64,000 nt of DNA from Phaeosaccion multiseriatum (Eukaryota > Protista > Ochrophyta, other classes), in assembly GCA_965112735.1 (NCBI GenBank), contig OZ218958.1, forward strand, positions 1,612,001 through 1,676,000, given 5' to 3'. Below the pieces are notes generated by a model. That model ran no database searches and had not been told where the DNA came from. It worked only from the letters and a program-made list of their open reading frames with translations. Both the position numbers and the translations under genes were made by a program. Of the stretch, positions 35,244-48,979 are shown piece after piece (within the stretch, counting starts at the first letter, position 1; each line of letters begins with the position of its first letter).

Positions 35244-37481
35244 ATGGAGAACGCCGTGGCTGCCGACGCGCTTCAAGGAAGCCTTCTTCTTGACTGGGTG
35301 CTGGCTGGGGGTGGTGCGGTGTCGTCCAATGTGGCAGTGAGGGACAGAGGTGGGAAAATGCAACTTTGCTTGGAGGCTGCTGCCCCCATTGTCAAAGGCG
35401 ATGCCATCATGAGTGTGCCCTTGGCGCTGTGCCTGACGGTGGAGAGTGCGAGAGCGAGTGTGGAGCTGAAGCCCATCTTCGAGAGCAATGCGTGGCTGCT
35501 GCAGGAGGGCGTCCAGGACGAGGTGCGTGGAGAGAGAGGAAGGGGGGCAGAAAGCTAAGCGCAGCAGCCAAGGAGAGACTGCCTTAAGGGGGGCAACACC
35601 TGCTCGGTCGTCAAGAGTACCCATGTTGCGCCACCTCTGCCTGCCTGCGTGCGTGCTTGCCTCTGCTCCTTTGCTCTCTTCTGCCCGCCGTCTGTGCCTG
35701 GCGACTCTGCAGGTACTCGCCATGCACCTCATGGTGGAGAGGCTCAAGGGGAAAGAGTCGCACTGGGCAGCATACATCGACACGCTCGTAACAGCTGAGA
35801 TGGACACGCCACTGTTCTGGGAGGAGGACGAAGCCAAGTGGCTGGAGGGCGGCATGGTGGGAACGCTCTCCAAGATGCTGCACAGGTAAAGGCGATTAAG
35901 CTTCTATACAAAGCAAAACAAAGCAGATTTAAGAAAGAGCAAGAGCAAAGTAGAGTAGACAAAGTAGAGCAGAGTGGACCAAAGCAGAGAAGAGTAGACC
36001 AAAGCAAGAACAAGAGCAAGAGCAAGAACCGTCCCTTGTCGAGCCAAGTCTCGTTCGTGTCCGCTGTTCACCTCGATTCTTCTGAGGTTTCTCTCCCCAA
36101 CCCCCTCCTCCTCCTCCTCCTCCTCCTCCTCCTCCTCCTTTTCCTCCTCCTCCTCCTCCTCCTCCTCCTCCTCCTCTTCTTCTTCTTCTTCTTCTTCTTC
36201 TTCTTCTTCTTCTTCTTCTTCTTCTTCTTCTTCTTCTTCTTCTTCTTCTTCTTCTTCTTCTTCTTCTTCTTCTTCTTCTTCTTCTTCTTCTTCTTCTTCT
36301 TCTTCTTCTTCTTCTACTACTACTCCTACTCCCCCCCCCCGCAGACAAGTATTGAGTGACTGGAACAGCCTTCACGCTCCGCTGGCACAGGCCTTTCCAG
36401 AGGTCCTGGGGCAGACCAGTCTGGAGCTTTATTTGTGGGCGCTTTCCAGCATTTGGAGCAGGGCCTTTGGATATCACACACAGGAGGAGGAGAAGGAGAC
36501 CAAGGAGGACCAGCGCAAAGAGCAGCATGAGGGGAAGGAGGAGGCGGCGAAGCTTGATTACCGTTACAGAAGGTGCTTAGTACCTCTGGTGAATGCTGCC
36601 AATCACGACCCAAGAGCCGGGCGAGAGCTGGCGGAGGTTGTGAGCTTCTACGAGGAGGCACAGAGCTTCCGAGTGACGGCGGGGCACAACTGCGCGACGG
36701 GGCAGCAGCTCTACATTCTGTACGGGCCTTACACCAACGCCAAGCTTCTGTACACTTACGGATTTGTTCTCTTTGACGAGTTTGAGTTTGAGGAAGAGAA
36801 GGAAGAAGACAAGGGGGGTGGTGGTGGTGGTGGTGGTGGAGGAGAGGGAGGAGCAGGAGGAGGAGGAGGAGGACGAGGAGGAGGAGCAGGAGGAGGAGCA
36901 GGAGGAGAAGCAGGACGGGGAGGAGGAGGAGGAGGAGGAGGAGGAGGAGCAGGAGCAGGAGGAGGAGAAGGACGAGGAGCCGGAGGAGGAGCAGAGGTTG
37001 AGACGCGCCAACCCAAGTGCAGGCGGAAGAACCCGTTCCGCGGCCTGGACTACTGGGTCTCGCTCCCGCCCTCCATCTCGGGATATGAAGCCAAGGTCTG
37101 CCTGCTCCAGTCCCACGCCTCTGTGGTGGAGCAAAAGTACGACTTTAGTGGCACCATTACAGGGGATGGCGTGTCCAAGGCGTTGCTTGCCACCATGCGT
37201 GTCATCAACCTGGAGGGGGAGGAGGAGCTGGAAGGTAAGGAGGAGGGAGGGAGGAAGGGTGGGTGGGTGGGTGGAAGGGTGGAAGGAGAAGGGGTGAGTG
37301 GGTAGGTGGATGGCTGGCAGTGGATGGGGAGGGGGAGGCGGTGCAGAGAGGGGCAAGAGGAGTGTTTACATGGCAATCGAACGAAGCAGAGAAGATACGC
37401 ACGGCCTTAAGGTTAGGTCGACGGTCTCGTCTTGTCTCTCCACCTCTCACCACCCACCCCTTCTTCTTCTTCTTCTTCTTC

Positions 37482-37552
<71 letters not shown>

Positions 37553-37561
37553 ATTGTTGTT

Positions 37562-37600
<39 letters not shown>

Positions 37601-37626
37601 GCTGTTGCTGTTGTTGTTGTTGTTGC

Positions 37627-37657
<31 letters not shown>

Positions 37658-37843
37658 CTTCTTCTTTTGCTCTCTCTCTGCCCTCCCCTCTCCCTCCTTC
37701 TCTATCGTCCCCTCTCTCCCCCCCCCCCCTCCCGCAGAAACCGCAGCAGCGAGAGCCTTTCGAGGGGAGATGGTGAGCGTGCGAAACGAGAGAGCCGCTC
37801 TCAGCCACCTTAAGCAACAGCTCGAGGCCAAACCAGGAAGGTA

Positions 37844-37874
<31 letters not shown>

Positions 37875-38180
37875 GAGGAGGGAGAGGCGAGGGCGGGAGG
37901 CATTGAGAGGACAATCCAAGACTACGAGCTGCAGCTGCACCAGTGTCTGTGCCGAGAGGTGGAGCACGGGTCAGGGGCAGGGGCAGGGGCAGCGTCAGGG
38001 TCAGGGTCAGGGTCAGGGTCAGGGTCAGGGTCACACCGCTTCGCCATGGCCCTTCAGGTGAAACTCGACGAGATGCGTGTGGTGCGGGACACCATTGCCT
38101 TCCTGAGCAGGGAGGGGGAGGCGCTAGACAGGCTGGGGGAGGGATACAGAACAATAGACGGGAGAGCTACCGGGCAATAG
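35244..38180 (+). CDS. SET-domain protein methyltransferase, Rubisco-LSMT/SETD3/SETD6 type; exons 35244-35522, 35713-35885, 36345-37234, 37738-38180
   Basis: SHWAAYIDTL, PLFW, YLWALSSIWSRAF, LVPLVNAANHD, GQQLYILYGPYTNAKLLYTYGFV, plus a C-terminal LSMT substrate-binding-like region. Confidence 0.88.
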
Positions 38181-38366
38181 TAATAGAGGGACGCTCTCAG
38201 ACCTGTTGAGAGGGACAAGGCTCAGAAGGAGGCAGGCTGTCTGTGGTGTAGGGTGTCACTCAGTCAGCCCAGCAGGAGGAGGGGATGAGAGGGCGAGTTG
38301 GTTTGCCGCTGAGAGGCAAAGCAAGTAGTAAGCCAGTGTGAGCCAAGGAGGGGGGGAAGAAGAAGG

Positions 38367-38660
38367 CAAGGGTACTTAAAGTAAACAACGTTGTTTACTT
38401 TAAGTACCCTTGAAGAAGGTTCAGGCGGTCAAGGTTTCAGTTTCAACAAAAGGAAGAGACAAATACATGAGTGTGTGAACGTGTTGCGGTTCCGAACGAT
38501 CCAACGGACAGTGTCGACAGTGGCACAGGCAGTAAGCCGCGTATATATGTGTGTGCGTGAGTGTGTGTGCGATTGAAACAGGCCGACCCAACGGACACCA
38601 CCAGTCACCTGTGTGCACCTCTTCCTGGAAGTAGTTGCCAATTCTCCATTTCTTCCCCTG

Positions 38661-38701
<41 letters not shown>

Positions 38702-38807
38702 TGTGTTGTGTGTGTGTGTGTGTGTGTTGTGTGTCTGTGTGTGTGTGTGTGTGTGCCCAGAGACGATACCTGCATAGAAGAATCAAGGGTACTTAAAGTA
38801 AACAACG
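38367..38807. repeat. 46-bp perfect palindrome (38367-38412) plus a third copy of its arm (38784-38807), making 25-bp inverted ends around ~370 bp
   Basis: caagggtacttaaagtaaacaac|gttgtttactttaagtacccttg, and tcaagggtacttaaagtaaacaacg at 38783-38807. Confidence 0.9.
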
Positions 38808-39090
38808 AATCCGAAAAGGGAGAATCGCGCCGAACCAGTTTCAGCTCGTTAGCCCAAACAGAGCTGGTGTGGGGGTAAGATGTTGTAAAACAGGGAAGAA
38901 TGTGGCGATGCACACAGACGATCGATTGGTAGAGTCTCACCTCCATCTGTTGCGCATCACGAGCGAGCGGTGGCAAGCTAAGACGAGCGAGGCGGTGTGA
39001 GAGGAAGGATTCTTGTTGGCTTTGAGGACGAACGGCCCGAGCGAACAAGCACACAAGAGGAAAAGTGGAGAATTGTGGGTGCGCCATCAG

Positions 39091-40662
39091 ATGAAGTGGC
39101 GGAAACTATGGGAAATCTTAGCAGGAGCTGAAGCAATACTGGTGGCCTCTTCTATCGGTGCGAACGCAGCTAGTCCGGTCGTGCGTGTTGAAGCCTTCAC
39201 CGGCGCGCATTCCTCTCTCGGCACCAATACCAGCGATGGAGCGTGGTCGGAGGGCATCATCCCGGCCACGTTCTTCCACCCTGAGGCAGCCTACTGTAAG
39301 TTGGGGGATCTGTCAAAGAGTAGGCTGTCACTTCACCCTACTAACGTCTCTATCCTTGCCTTTCCCTCCCTCTGTTCCCTCTCCTCGCACTCCCTCAACG
39401 ACAAGATATCGTGGGCTCCTCCTCTGATGAGTTGCTGGAGTTTTGGCAGCCTTTCGGTGAACTGGAGGGGGGCTTGTCAATCGCAGCGGTTCACCTCGAC
39501 GTCGCCAAAGACCTAGTGCAGACGATGGCAGGTACGAGAGGTAACGAGAGGGCAGGAGGCCGAGTGATACTGTAATGTCCCGAAACCAATTGCTACTGAG
39601 CCCACAAGGAGCCCACCAAGAGCCCACACGAGCTCGTCGTCAGCCGTAACACCTGTAGCGAATAGCTAGCCTACTGCGCCGATTGTTCGCCCGCTCTCGA
39701 CTTCAATGCCTGATTCTCTGCTCTCCCCCTCCTCTTCTCTCCCCCACGCCCTGCTTTTTCGGCCGACCCTTTGTCAGACACCGGAAACGCCATGGCCATC
39801 AAAGTCGTCAACGCAGGGTGGGACAATGTTAGTTGCCATCAAATAGGGTCATAATTTGGTGGTATACATGGACATTGTATGAGGGAACGAACAGCGTCTT
39901 CTAACACTCCCAGAACAACTGCTACTCTGGTCAATGCATTGACAGGTGGCCAACCAAGAGATTTGTACAAATGAGAGCCCCGACTGTCCGGCACTTATCA
40001 TGCTCGGCACGACCCAGGTCGCCACCAGGTCAGTCGTGTCGTGTGAGTTAGTGTCTGGAAGATTGCTCACGAGAAAGAAGAGGGTTGTTGTATATGTATA
40101 TACATACGGGACTGTGAGGCTCTTAGTCGCTCCACCGCTCCCTGCCCACCCGTCTGTGGCTCCCTCTCTTCAGATTCGAATCGGGGATCACGGAGCCCCT
40201 CACGGATTATCTAAATGAATGGGCTCAAGAAAACGGCTATACGCTCACGGGTACAAGTACTTACATTATCCCCTTAATTTTCATTCAACTAGATTCATTT
40301 TGTAGGGATGACAAATCTCCACCCAACTATCCACCCTTGTCTCCTCCACGCACGCATCAGATGACTTTAGCAAATCCTACTTCTACGACTTCAACATGAA
40401 GGGGTGAGTGATCCGAGTGAAGGGGGCCCCGGTTTACCACTGTTCACGCCCCTGCTTCCACCGCCTCTCCTCGCTTACCGTAACCCTCTCTCTCTGCGGT
40501 TGGTGGTGGGTGGTTACGCCTTCCTCTTCCGCATATAGAGATCTCTTTGCGCCGCCATACCCCCTGCCCCCATACTCGTTCCCCCTTCATCCATTGCCGA
40601 GACCGCGTCGTCTCACCTGACACCTTTCCCTGAACCTAATCCGCGCAACATACTTACATACG

Positions 40663-40694
<32 letters not shown>

Positions 40695-43600
40695 CATACA
40701 TACATACATACATACATACATACATACATACATACATACATACATACATACATACATACCATACATACATACATACATACATACATATACATACATACAT
40801 ACCTCCGTGATACATCCACCAACCCTGACAGAGTGTGGACTGCCGTGCCGCTGGTGACCGATACGCGCATCATGTTTTACAACGCCACGACCTTCAACGC
40901 GCTGAACCTCACGCACCCACCACCCTGGGGAGACTGGGGAGAGAACTCTGAAGAGTGAGTAGGCGTGCTCGTAACGCTCGTAACGCTCGTAACGCTCGTA
41001 ACGCTCGTAACGCTCGTAACGCTCGTAACGCTCGTAACGCTCGTATCGCTCGTGGTGTGAGCATGTGTGTGGTTGACTTTTGCGCGCTCCTATTGTGGCG
41101 GGCTGCCTGGCCTCGTGTGTGTTTTGTCTGTCTGTGCTGTCGTCTCTGGGCATGTGTGTTTCTATGTAGTGTCTTGTTGCTTGTGGGCATCTGTGTGTGT
41201 TTCTATGTAGTGTCTTGTTGCTTGTGGGCATCTGTGTGTGTTTCTATGTAGTGTCTTGTTGCTTGTGGGCATCTGTGTGTGTTTCTATGTAGTGTCTTGT
41301 TGCTTGTGGGCATCTGTGTGTGTTTCTATGTAGTGTCTTGTTGCTTGTGGGCATCTGTGTGTGTTTCTATGTAGTGTCTTGTTGCTTGTCGGCATCTGTG
41401 TGTGTTTCTATGTAGTGTCTTGTTGCTTGTGGGCATCTGTGTGTGTTTCTATGTAGTGTCTTGTTGCTTGTGGGCATCTGTGTGTGTTTCTATGTAGTGT
41501 CTTGTTGCTTGTGGGCATCTGTGTGTGTTTCTATGTAGTGTCTTGTTGCTTGTGGGCATCTGTGTGTGTTTCTATGTAGTGTCTTGTTGCTTGTGGGCAT
41601 CTGTGTGTGTTTCTATGTAGTGTCTTGTTGCTTGTGGGCATCTGTGTGTGTTTCTATGTAGTGTCTTGTTGCTTGTGGGCATCTGTGTGTGTTTCTATGT
41701 AGTGTCTTGTTGCTTGTGGGCATCTGTGTGTGTTTCTATGTAGTGTCTTGTTGCTTGTGGGCATCTGTGTGTGTTTCTATGTAGTGTCTTGTTGCTTGTG
41801 GGCATCTGTGTGTGTTTCTATGTAGTGTCTTGTTGCTTGTGGGCATCTGTGTGTGTTTCTATGTAGTGTCTTGTTGCTTGTGGGCATCTGTGTGTGTTTC
41901 TATGTAGTGTCTTGTTGCTTGTGGGCATCTGTGTGTGTTTCTATGTAGTGTCTTGTTGCTTGTGGGCATCTGTGTGTGTTTCTATGTAGTGTCTTGTTGC
42001 TTGTGGGCATCTGTGTGTGTTTCTATGTAGTGTCTTGTTGCTTGTGGGCATCTGTGTAGGGTCTCTGTGTGGTCTCTCCGTGGAGTGAGTCGGATGGCCA
42101 GTGAGGGTAGTATATTGGAGGCATATGGGAGGCATATGGGAGGCATACGAGGGGGCTATTGAAGTTGTTGTACTCCTCGTTTGTCGGAGCACCGCCATTT
42201 GGAGCTGACCACTGCTATTCGCCCATTCACCCCTTCCATGTATGTCAGCGAATGCATTTCGTCCCAGAAATGGTCCCATGCCTCGAGAACCACCCTGTGC
42301 CTCCGTGCTTCACCAGCTGTAGCCCATACAAAATAACATGTAACCGGTCTCTCTTGGTCGAAGTTAACCGCCAACCTCCCCACCCCGCCCCTCATCGCCA
42401 CCTCTCTCTCCTCACACACCAGATGGACTTGGGTGAGGTTTTCGGAAACCGCGCAGCTCATATCGGAGGGAACCGGACAGCCTGGGTTTCACGCAGCCAC
42501 GAGCTGGGACGAGGAGTTGAAGCTATCTATGATGATTGCTCGGGAGTACGGGGCATACATGTACACGTGCGTAGACTAGTCTCTCTCAAAAGACTCGGGG
42601 TGACGTGCGTGGAGCGGGGCAACGAGGAAGAGAGAGAGCAAGCTTCTTCAACACCTTTCAGGACGGAGCGGCTTGGGGGGGGAGGAGGCAGGGCCCCTCG
42701 TAGTCCTGTGGGGGCATGTCGAGTTGTTGTGACGGTGGTGGTGACAGGGGCTGCTACGGGCACAGCAACAAGTAGCACTGTTCTTTTGTTGTCTGCCAGC
42801 CCCTCTTTCTTGTTGCTCACGCTGTCCGCTCCCCTCTCCATCATCCATCTTTCTACACGTGGCTGACTATCGTTTCTCATCTCGCATGCGTGTTTTGACT
42901 GCTTAGCGAGGATGAGGATGGCATCAAACACTGCGCCTTGAACGACAATGGCAAGTTTGTGGAGGCGATCAACGCCACGCTCGGGCCTCTGTTCAGCAAA
43001 GTAAGTCAAGAGAAAGAGGGCGGTCCAAGCCAGAGTACTCTCCGTTTGCTTCCTTCATGCCCATATGCCCATTTTGGCTGACATTCTGCGCTGGGAGCGA
43101 CGAGGGGCAAGCAAGCAAGCAATGCCGAATTGGGATGGTCTGGTGCACAGCTCCCACTCACTCATCACCACTACCGCCTCGGTGTGCCAGTCCAGCGTGT
43201 CATGAATTCCTCTGGCTGCCCCTGGCCGCACACCTGACTTGAACCTCTGCCCCCTACCTGCCGGCCCCTGCCTGACCTGCCCCTCACGCCTCCCTGCTGA
43301 CTGAAGCGTTATCCTCCCGATGCTGAAGCGTTATCCTCCCGATGATGCTTGTGCCCTCCTTTTCAACCCACCCCAAAACTCTTATTGCTCACGTCGGTCT
43401 TGTGTGCGCCATGATGCCCTCCCCCCCCCCCCCCCTCCTCCTCCTCCTCTCCCTCTCTTCGCATATCGAAAGGGCGCGATATCAGACTTTGTCAACACGA
43501 CCGACCACAACTTCGACTCGTGGAAGAGTGAATGGGCAGAAGGAAGAGAGACGTCAGACTTCAACGGCATCATGTACAGGTACCGTAACTGTCGTAACTG

Positions 43601-44349
43601 TCGTAACTGTCGAACAGCCACGAAGACGTGCTACGGGCGTCCTCTTTCCTCCTCGTTGTCCCTTCCTACATCCGCATCGCTTCGCTTTCACGGCACCTTC
43701 ACCTTATCCATCACGCTGTCTTTTCCCCTCCCCATCCCTACCTCGCTCCTCCTTCCTCCTCCTTAGCTTTTGTCTCTCACTCTCGCCTTAACTCTCGTGT
43801 TCTCATTACAGGCACTATCCTCCTTAGCTTTTGTCTCTCACTCTCGCCTTAACTCTCGTGTTCTCATGGCCGCCTTTTCGTCTCACAACGCCTTATGCCA
43901 AACGTTCAGCGGGCTGAGTTTGTGTGCCCATCCCTTATATGGAATGGCCATCGATACCCCCCACCGACGCAACGATTTTCTTGACGAAGACGCCATCCAT
44001 GTACGAACGAAACCGTCCGCCATCGGCGAAGGAGGGCGGGCGGGGTGTATTCTGAGGAATTGGGTCTGAGGTGTGAGGCCCGAGGCCGAGGTTTGAGGCC
44101 TGAGGCCGGCTCCCTTCCGAGGTTACCTTTCGCTTGCCTTCCGAGGCTACCTTTCGCTTGCCTTCCGCAGGTCAAAACTACTCAGTATGTGTTCCTTCGG
44201 TGGAAAGGAACGTTGGGATGTGCAACGCTGTCAGCACTGCGTTCAAGAATCTGCCTGTCTTGACTGACCCGCGATGCTGTTGTCTCTCCTCCTGCGTGCT
44301 CTACTTTTTAAAATTGTGTATGTGTATGTATGTGTGTGTGTATGTGTGG

Positions 44350-44382
<33 letters not shown>

Positions 44383-45833
44383 CTGTTTTGTTTCTCAGGA
44401 GGCATACGTTCCTTCGAAACGCTCGTTTCTAGGAGGCAGTGGGCTCATCCTCAACTCAAAGGCCGCCCCCAAACAAAAGGACGCCGCGTGGACGTTTCTG
44501 AGGTACGTCAGAGAGAGAGATAAGAGATATTTGTCCTACAAACACGGCTCTCCGTGAGGCAGGTAGACGTCAGAGAGAGAGAGATAAGAGATGTTTGTCC
44601 TACAAACACGGCTCTCGGTGAGGCAGGTAGAGACTTGATTGCCTTCGCTGTCGACCGTAGCCATGTGCGTGAGACAAGTACATTCGAATCTGAGAGCAGG
44701 GTCGACATGCTGTATAATGTGTCCCGTATGCTTCTTCTACTGCTCTTCTCTATCTATATCGTACTACGTGTGCAAGCCACCGCCATTGTTCTGTGGTTCT
44801 GTGGAATTGTTGACGTATGGTGTATACTGCCGTTGATGTGTATGACATGACGCATATTGCCGGACACCTTGATCCTTCCTCTCCTCGTAAGCAAGGCTCT
44901 CCCATCTGTCTCTGTCTTCCCTCGTCCTCTCGCCCCCTCGCAACAACACCACCGCCGCAGTCGAATGTGCAAGCGGGCGTCTGACTATGGTCGCGTGGTT
45001 TTCTCTCCGCCACCCTTCGAGAGTCTACTGACTCAAGGTTAGTCACCTCCAGTAGTCATCCTGCAGTAGTCATCCTGCTCAATGGCCCATTGCCCAGGAG
45101 ACGAAAGGTCCAACTGGAACTGGGCACTCTTCACAGAGGATAGCCAGATAGCCATAGCGGTTCCATTGAGGCACATTGCTCTCCCTTTGGTTTTGGTTGA
45201 TAGGGGGCCTCCGAACCAACCGAACCTCTTGACCCGACCCACCTCCTCCCTGACGTAGGCTACCCATTCACTCTTCTAACCAAGCGCCGCTTATGCTCTC
45301 TCGTCCTTGCTGTTGTCCTGTCACCGCCCCCCCCCCTCCCCCTTGTCATTTCTCCCTATGCTCGATATCTCCATCCTCGACGCTTCCTCGCCACCCCACT
45401 CTGGAACCCCCCGCCTTCCCTCATTCGGACTGTCTTGGCCTTCAAATCCTGTCAACTACTGCTCCTTCCCTTTGCTTACTTCATCTCCCATCGCGCCTCC
45501 TCCTTCAGACCCTTGGATGGACGAGTATTGGGCTATAACCGTGGAGCAACTCAAGACCAGCGTCCCTCCTCAGTACCCGCTACTTGCGTTGGCTGAGCTG
45601 GGGCGGCTCGAAGTTGTCAAGCCCTTCCGACAGATGTGGATGGAGATGGCCTACCAGAACGTCAGCGTCGAGGTGGCCGCTCAGCACGCCTGTGCGACCA
45701 TGGATCAAGTGAGTCACTTGATCTTCCTTCCTTCCTTCCTTCCTTCCTTCCTTCCTTCCTTCCTTCCTTCCGTCCTTCCTTCTTCCTTCTTCCTTCTTCC
45801 TTTTTTCCTTTCTTTCTTCCTTCCTTCCTTCCT

Positions 45834-45905
<72 letters not shown>

Positions 45906-48900
45906 TCCTTCTTTGGAGTGTTGGCTGGACCTGGCTGCTGCTGGGATGCCGCCGCCGCCCCCATCCGTATGTGCCATACCAACTTCACACAGCCACACCC
46001 CATTGCCTGATTCCTCCCCTTCCATGCGCGCAGCTAGACTAGAGCGATAGCATCCTCGCCCCGCTAGCTGCACATGCTTGATCCCCCCCACCCCATTGCC
46101 TGGTTCCCGTGTCCTCACTCACGCTCTGCCTCCCCATCCACACACCCCCCACACCCCCCACCCGCCCTACTGCGGCAACCACTGCTACCTCCCTTTCCAC
46201 AGGTGTTTTCTGTGGAATGCACTGAGCAAGAGCACTCACACCACACATGTGAGATCTGCGACGAGGACAGCATCGCCGTGTCGCTTTCTCCTTGTGACGA
46301 AGACCAGAAACAAGTCGTGCAGGTAGGGCAGGGTAGGGTAGGGTAGGGTAGGGTAGGGTAGGGTGGGGTGGGGTAGGGTAGGGTAGGGTAGGGTAGGGTA
46401 GGGTAGGTTAGGGTAGGGTAGGGTAGGGTAAGGTAGGGTAGGATAGGGTAGGGTAGGGAAGGGTAGGGTAGGGTACGGTAGGATAGGGTAGGGTAGGGTA
46501 GGGTAGGGTAAGGTAGGGTAGGATAGGGTAGGGTAGGGAAGGGTAGGGTAGGGTAGGGTAGGGTTGGGTCGGGTAGGGTAGGGTAGGGTAGGGTAGGGTA
46601 GGGTAGGGTAGGGTAGGGTAGGGTTGGGTGGAGTAGGGTAGGGTAGGGTAGGGTAGGGTAGGGTAGGGTGGAGTAGGGTGGAGTAGGGTAGGGTAGGGTA
46701 GGGTAGGGTAGGGTGGAGTAGGGTAGGGTAGGGTAGGGTAGGGTAGGGTAGGGTAGGGTAGGGTAGGGTAGGGTAGGGTAGGGTAGGGTAGGGTTGGGTC
46801 GGGCTTGGGTGGGCGCTGTGGGTGTTTGCCGAGGGAGTCGGAGTGGGGGTCGGAGGAGGATGGCACATACAAACGAATGCCCCATTGATGTACAGTGTAT
46901 ACACGAGAAGTTGCAGTGGGAGTTTGTCCGCCTCCATACGTATGCACTTTCCTTTCGCGTGCGTGTAGAGCGCGTCTCAAATACGCACACTGACCACAGC
47001 GCCTTCCCTCCTTCGGCCACACCCTGCTGATGCACTGCCTACTGTCTTCATTTCGCAGTTCTCGTGGGCAGCCGAGCCCAAGACCTGCGTAGGAGGTGTG
47101 AGCCTCCCGCCCGCAGCCGTCGTGTTCTGTGATCACGTGGTGCCCTCGTCCATCATCGGGAGTTCAATCATTACACTGTCCGCCGGAGCGGGCATCCTGT
47201 CGTTGGCCTTCTTGATCTTTGTGCTCATGAATCGCCGTGACAACATGCTCATGCGACAGGCACAGCCCATCTTTTGTATCTTGTTTACGGGTGAGTGAGT
47301 GAGTGAGTGAGTGAGTGAGTGCGTGAGTGCGTGAGTGAGCGAGTGAGTGAGTGAGTGAGTGAGTGAGCGAGCGAGTGGGTGAGGGAATGAGTGAGTGCGT
47401 GAGTGAGCGAGCGAGTGAGTGGGTGAGTGAGTGAGTGAGTGAGCGAGTGGGTGAGGGAATGAGTGAGTGAGTGAGTGAGTGAGTGAGTGAGTGAGATTTT
47501 TAAAGGACTGACGGAAAAACACTTCTCCCTCTCTCTGCCCCTTCGCAACCTATTTGTATATACACACCCCATTTCTCTAACATCTCCTGTAGCTTTGCTC
47601 TGATCATGCTACTCACGTGATGTGTGTGTGTGTGTGTGCGGTGTGTCTCGCAGGTGGGATCGTCTGTCTGACGTGTGTCTCCAACATATTCCTCCTCGGG
47701 CCAGCCTCGCGCTTCAGCTGCCAAGCTAGGCTGTGGATATGGGTAAGTGAACGAGTGGATGGTGCCGCCTCATTCTCTGAGCGAGGAGCGCCGCCTGATA
47801 TCTTTTGCCTACACACCTGGCAGCTTGTTGAGACCCCCACCCGATGGCTCTCTCACCTCTGAATCGTCCCGTCCTATCCTATCCGGTTCTGTCCCTCCTA
47901 CCCAACGAACGCTGTTGACAGGGTTTATCCTTTGACGTTGCGTTCGGAGCCCTGTTCGCTAAAGGTGGGGGGCGGAATGTGTCGGTTTTTCCAATTGTGC
48001 TCGGGAAGAAGCGACTCGTCGGTAGAAGGGACGATCCATCAGCTGCCATCGCCATATCATCATGCACCGTCCTTCCTTTTATGTGTACCGGGTCATGTCT
48101 CTGACGCTGTGTCGTGTATAACCTCCCTTTCCCTCCTTTGCGCTCTCCTTTCGTTTCGCCTCCCTTGCGCTTGTAACGTTCAAAAAACCCCGTGCGATTG
48201 TGCTCTCCTGACGGCTCGTCACGCCACAGCATGGAGGGTAAGTTCCTATCTCACGTATTCGTCTCCTCTCCTGCCCCTCTATCCTCCTCTTTTCTACTTT
48301 TATCATCCCATTTCCTCAAAGCGAGTGGTAATCACCCCATATGCCTTCAAACTTCCACAACACCACCTGTCCACCCCGCCACAGTCACCACCGTCACCAT
48401 CATCGTTCACTTTGTACCCTCCCTCCCTCATAAGGCGCTGCCCGCTGGCTGCCCTTCTCTCAACAACTCCTCAACTGCAATCCCATTGTTTCCGATTTTG
48501 CACAGGCCTACATCATACTTGATTCAGCCCGCCGCTTCCAGCGCAAGCGCGTCTCGACCATGCTCACAACGACCATCGCCGGAGCGGTGGTGTTCTTCGA
48601 TGTGCTCCTCCTCACTGCCTGGATCGTCACCACACCCATAGAGCCGATACCCTACACCATTAACGTACACTCCATGGCACTGGACAGGTGAGAGAAGGGG
48701 GGGGATTGGGGGGGGGGTGGTGAGTGAGTGAGTGAGTGAGTGAGTGAGTGAGTGAGTGCACCAACAGATTCTTCAAACGCAACAGACAGTGAGAGGAGTG
48801 CACACAACGCGTTGACTCTCTTGACCGCCCCCCCCCCCCTCCTCCCTCCCTCTCTTTTCCCCTCCTGACCTCCTTGTGGCTTCCCTCTGTGTGAAACGAC

Positions 48901-48918
48901 CCCACCGTGTGTGCTCCG

Positions 48919-48979
<61 letters not shown>

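Noticed and set aside
38421-38957. Small spliced minus-strand gene starting MRNRW (eL41-like start)
   Set aside because: The downstream sequence lacks the Lys/Arg-rich eL41 body and the spliced peptide is unrecognisable.
41147-42057. CRISPR array
   Set aside because: Units are contiguous with no unique spacers, there are no cas genes, and it lies in a eukaryotic intron.
46323-46795. True telomere or chromosome end
   Set aside because: The unit is GGGTA, internal to an intron with in-phase exons on both sides.
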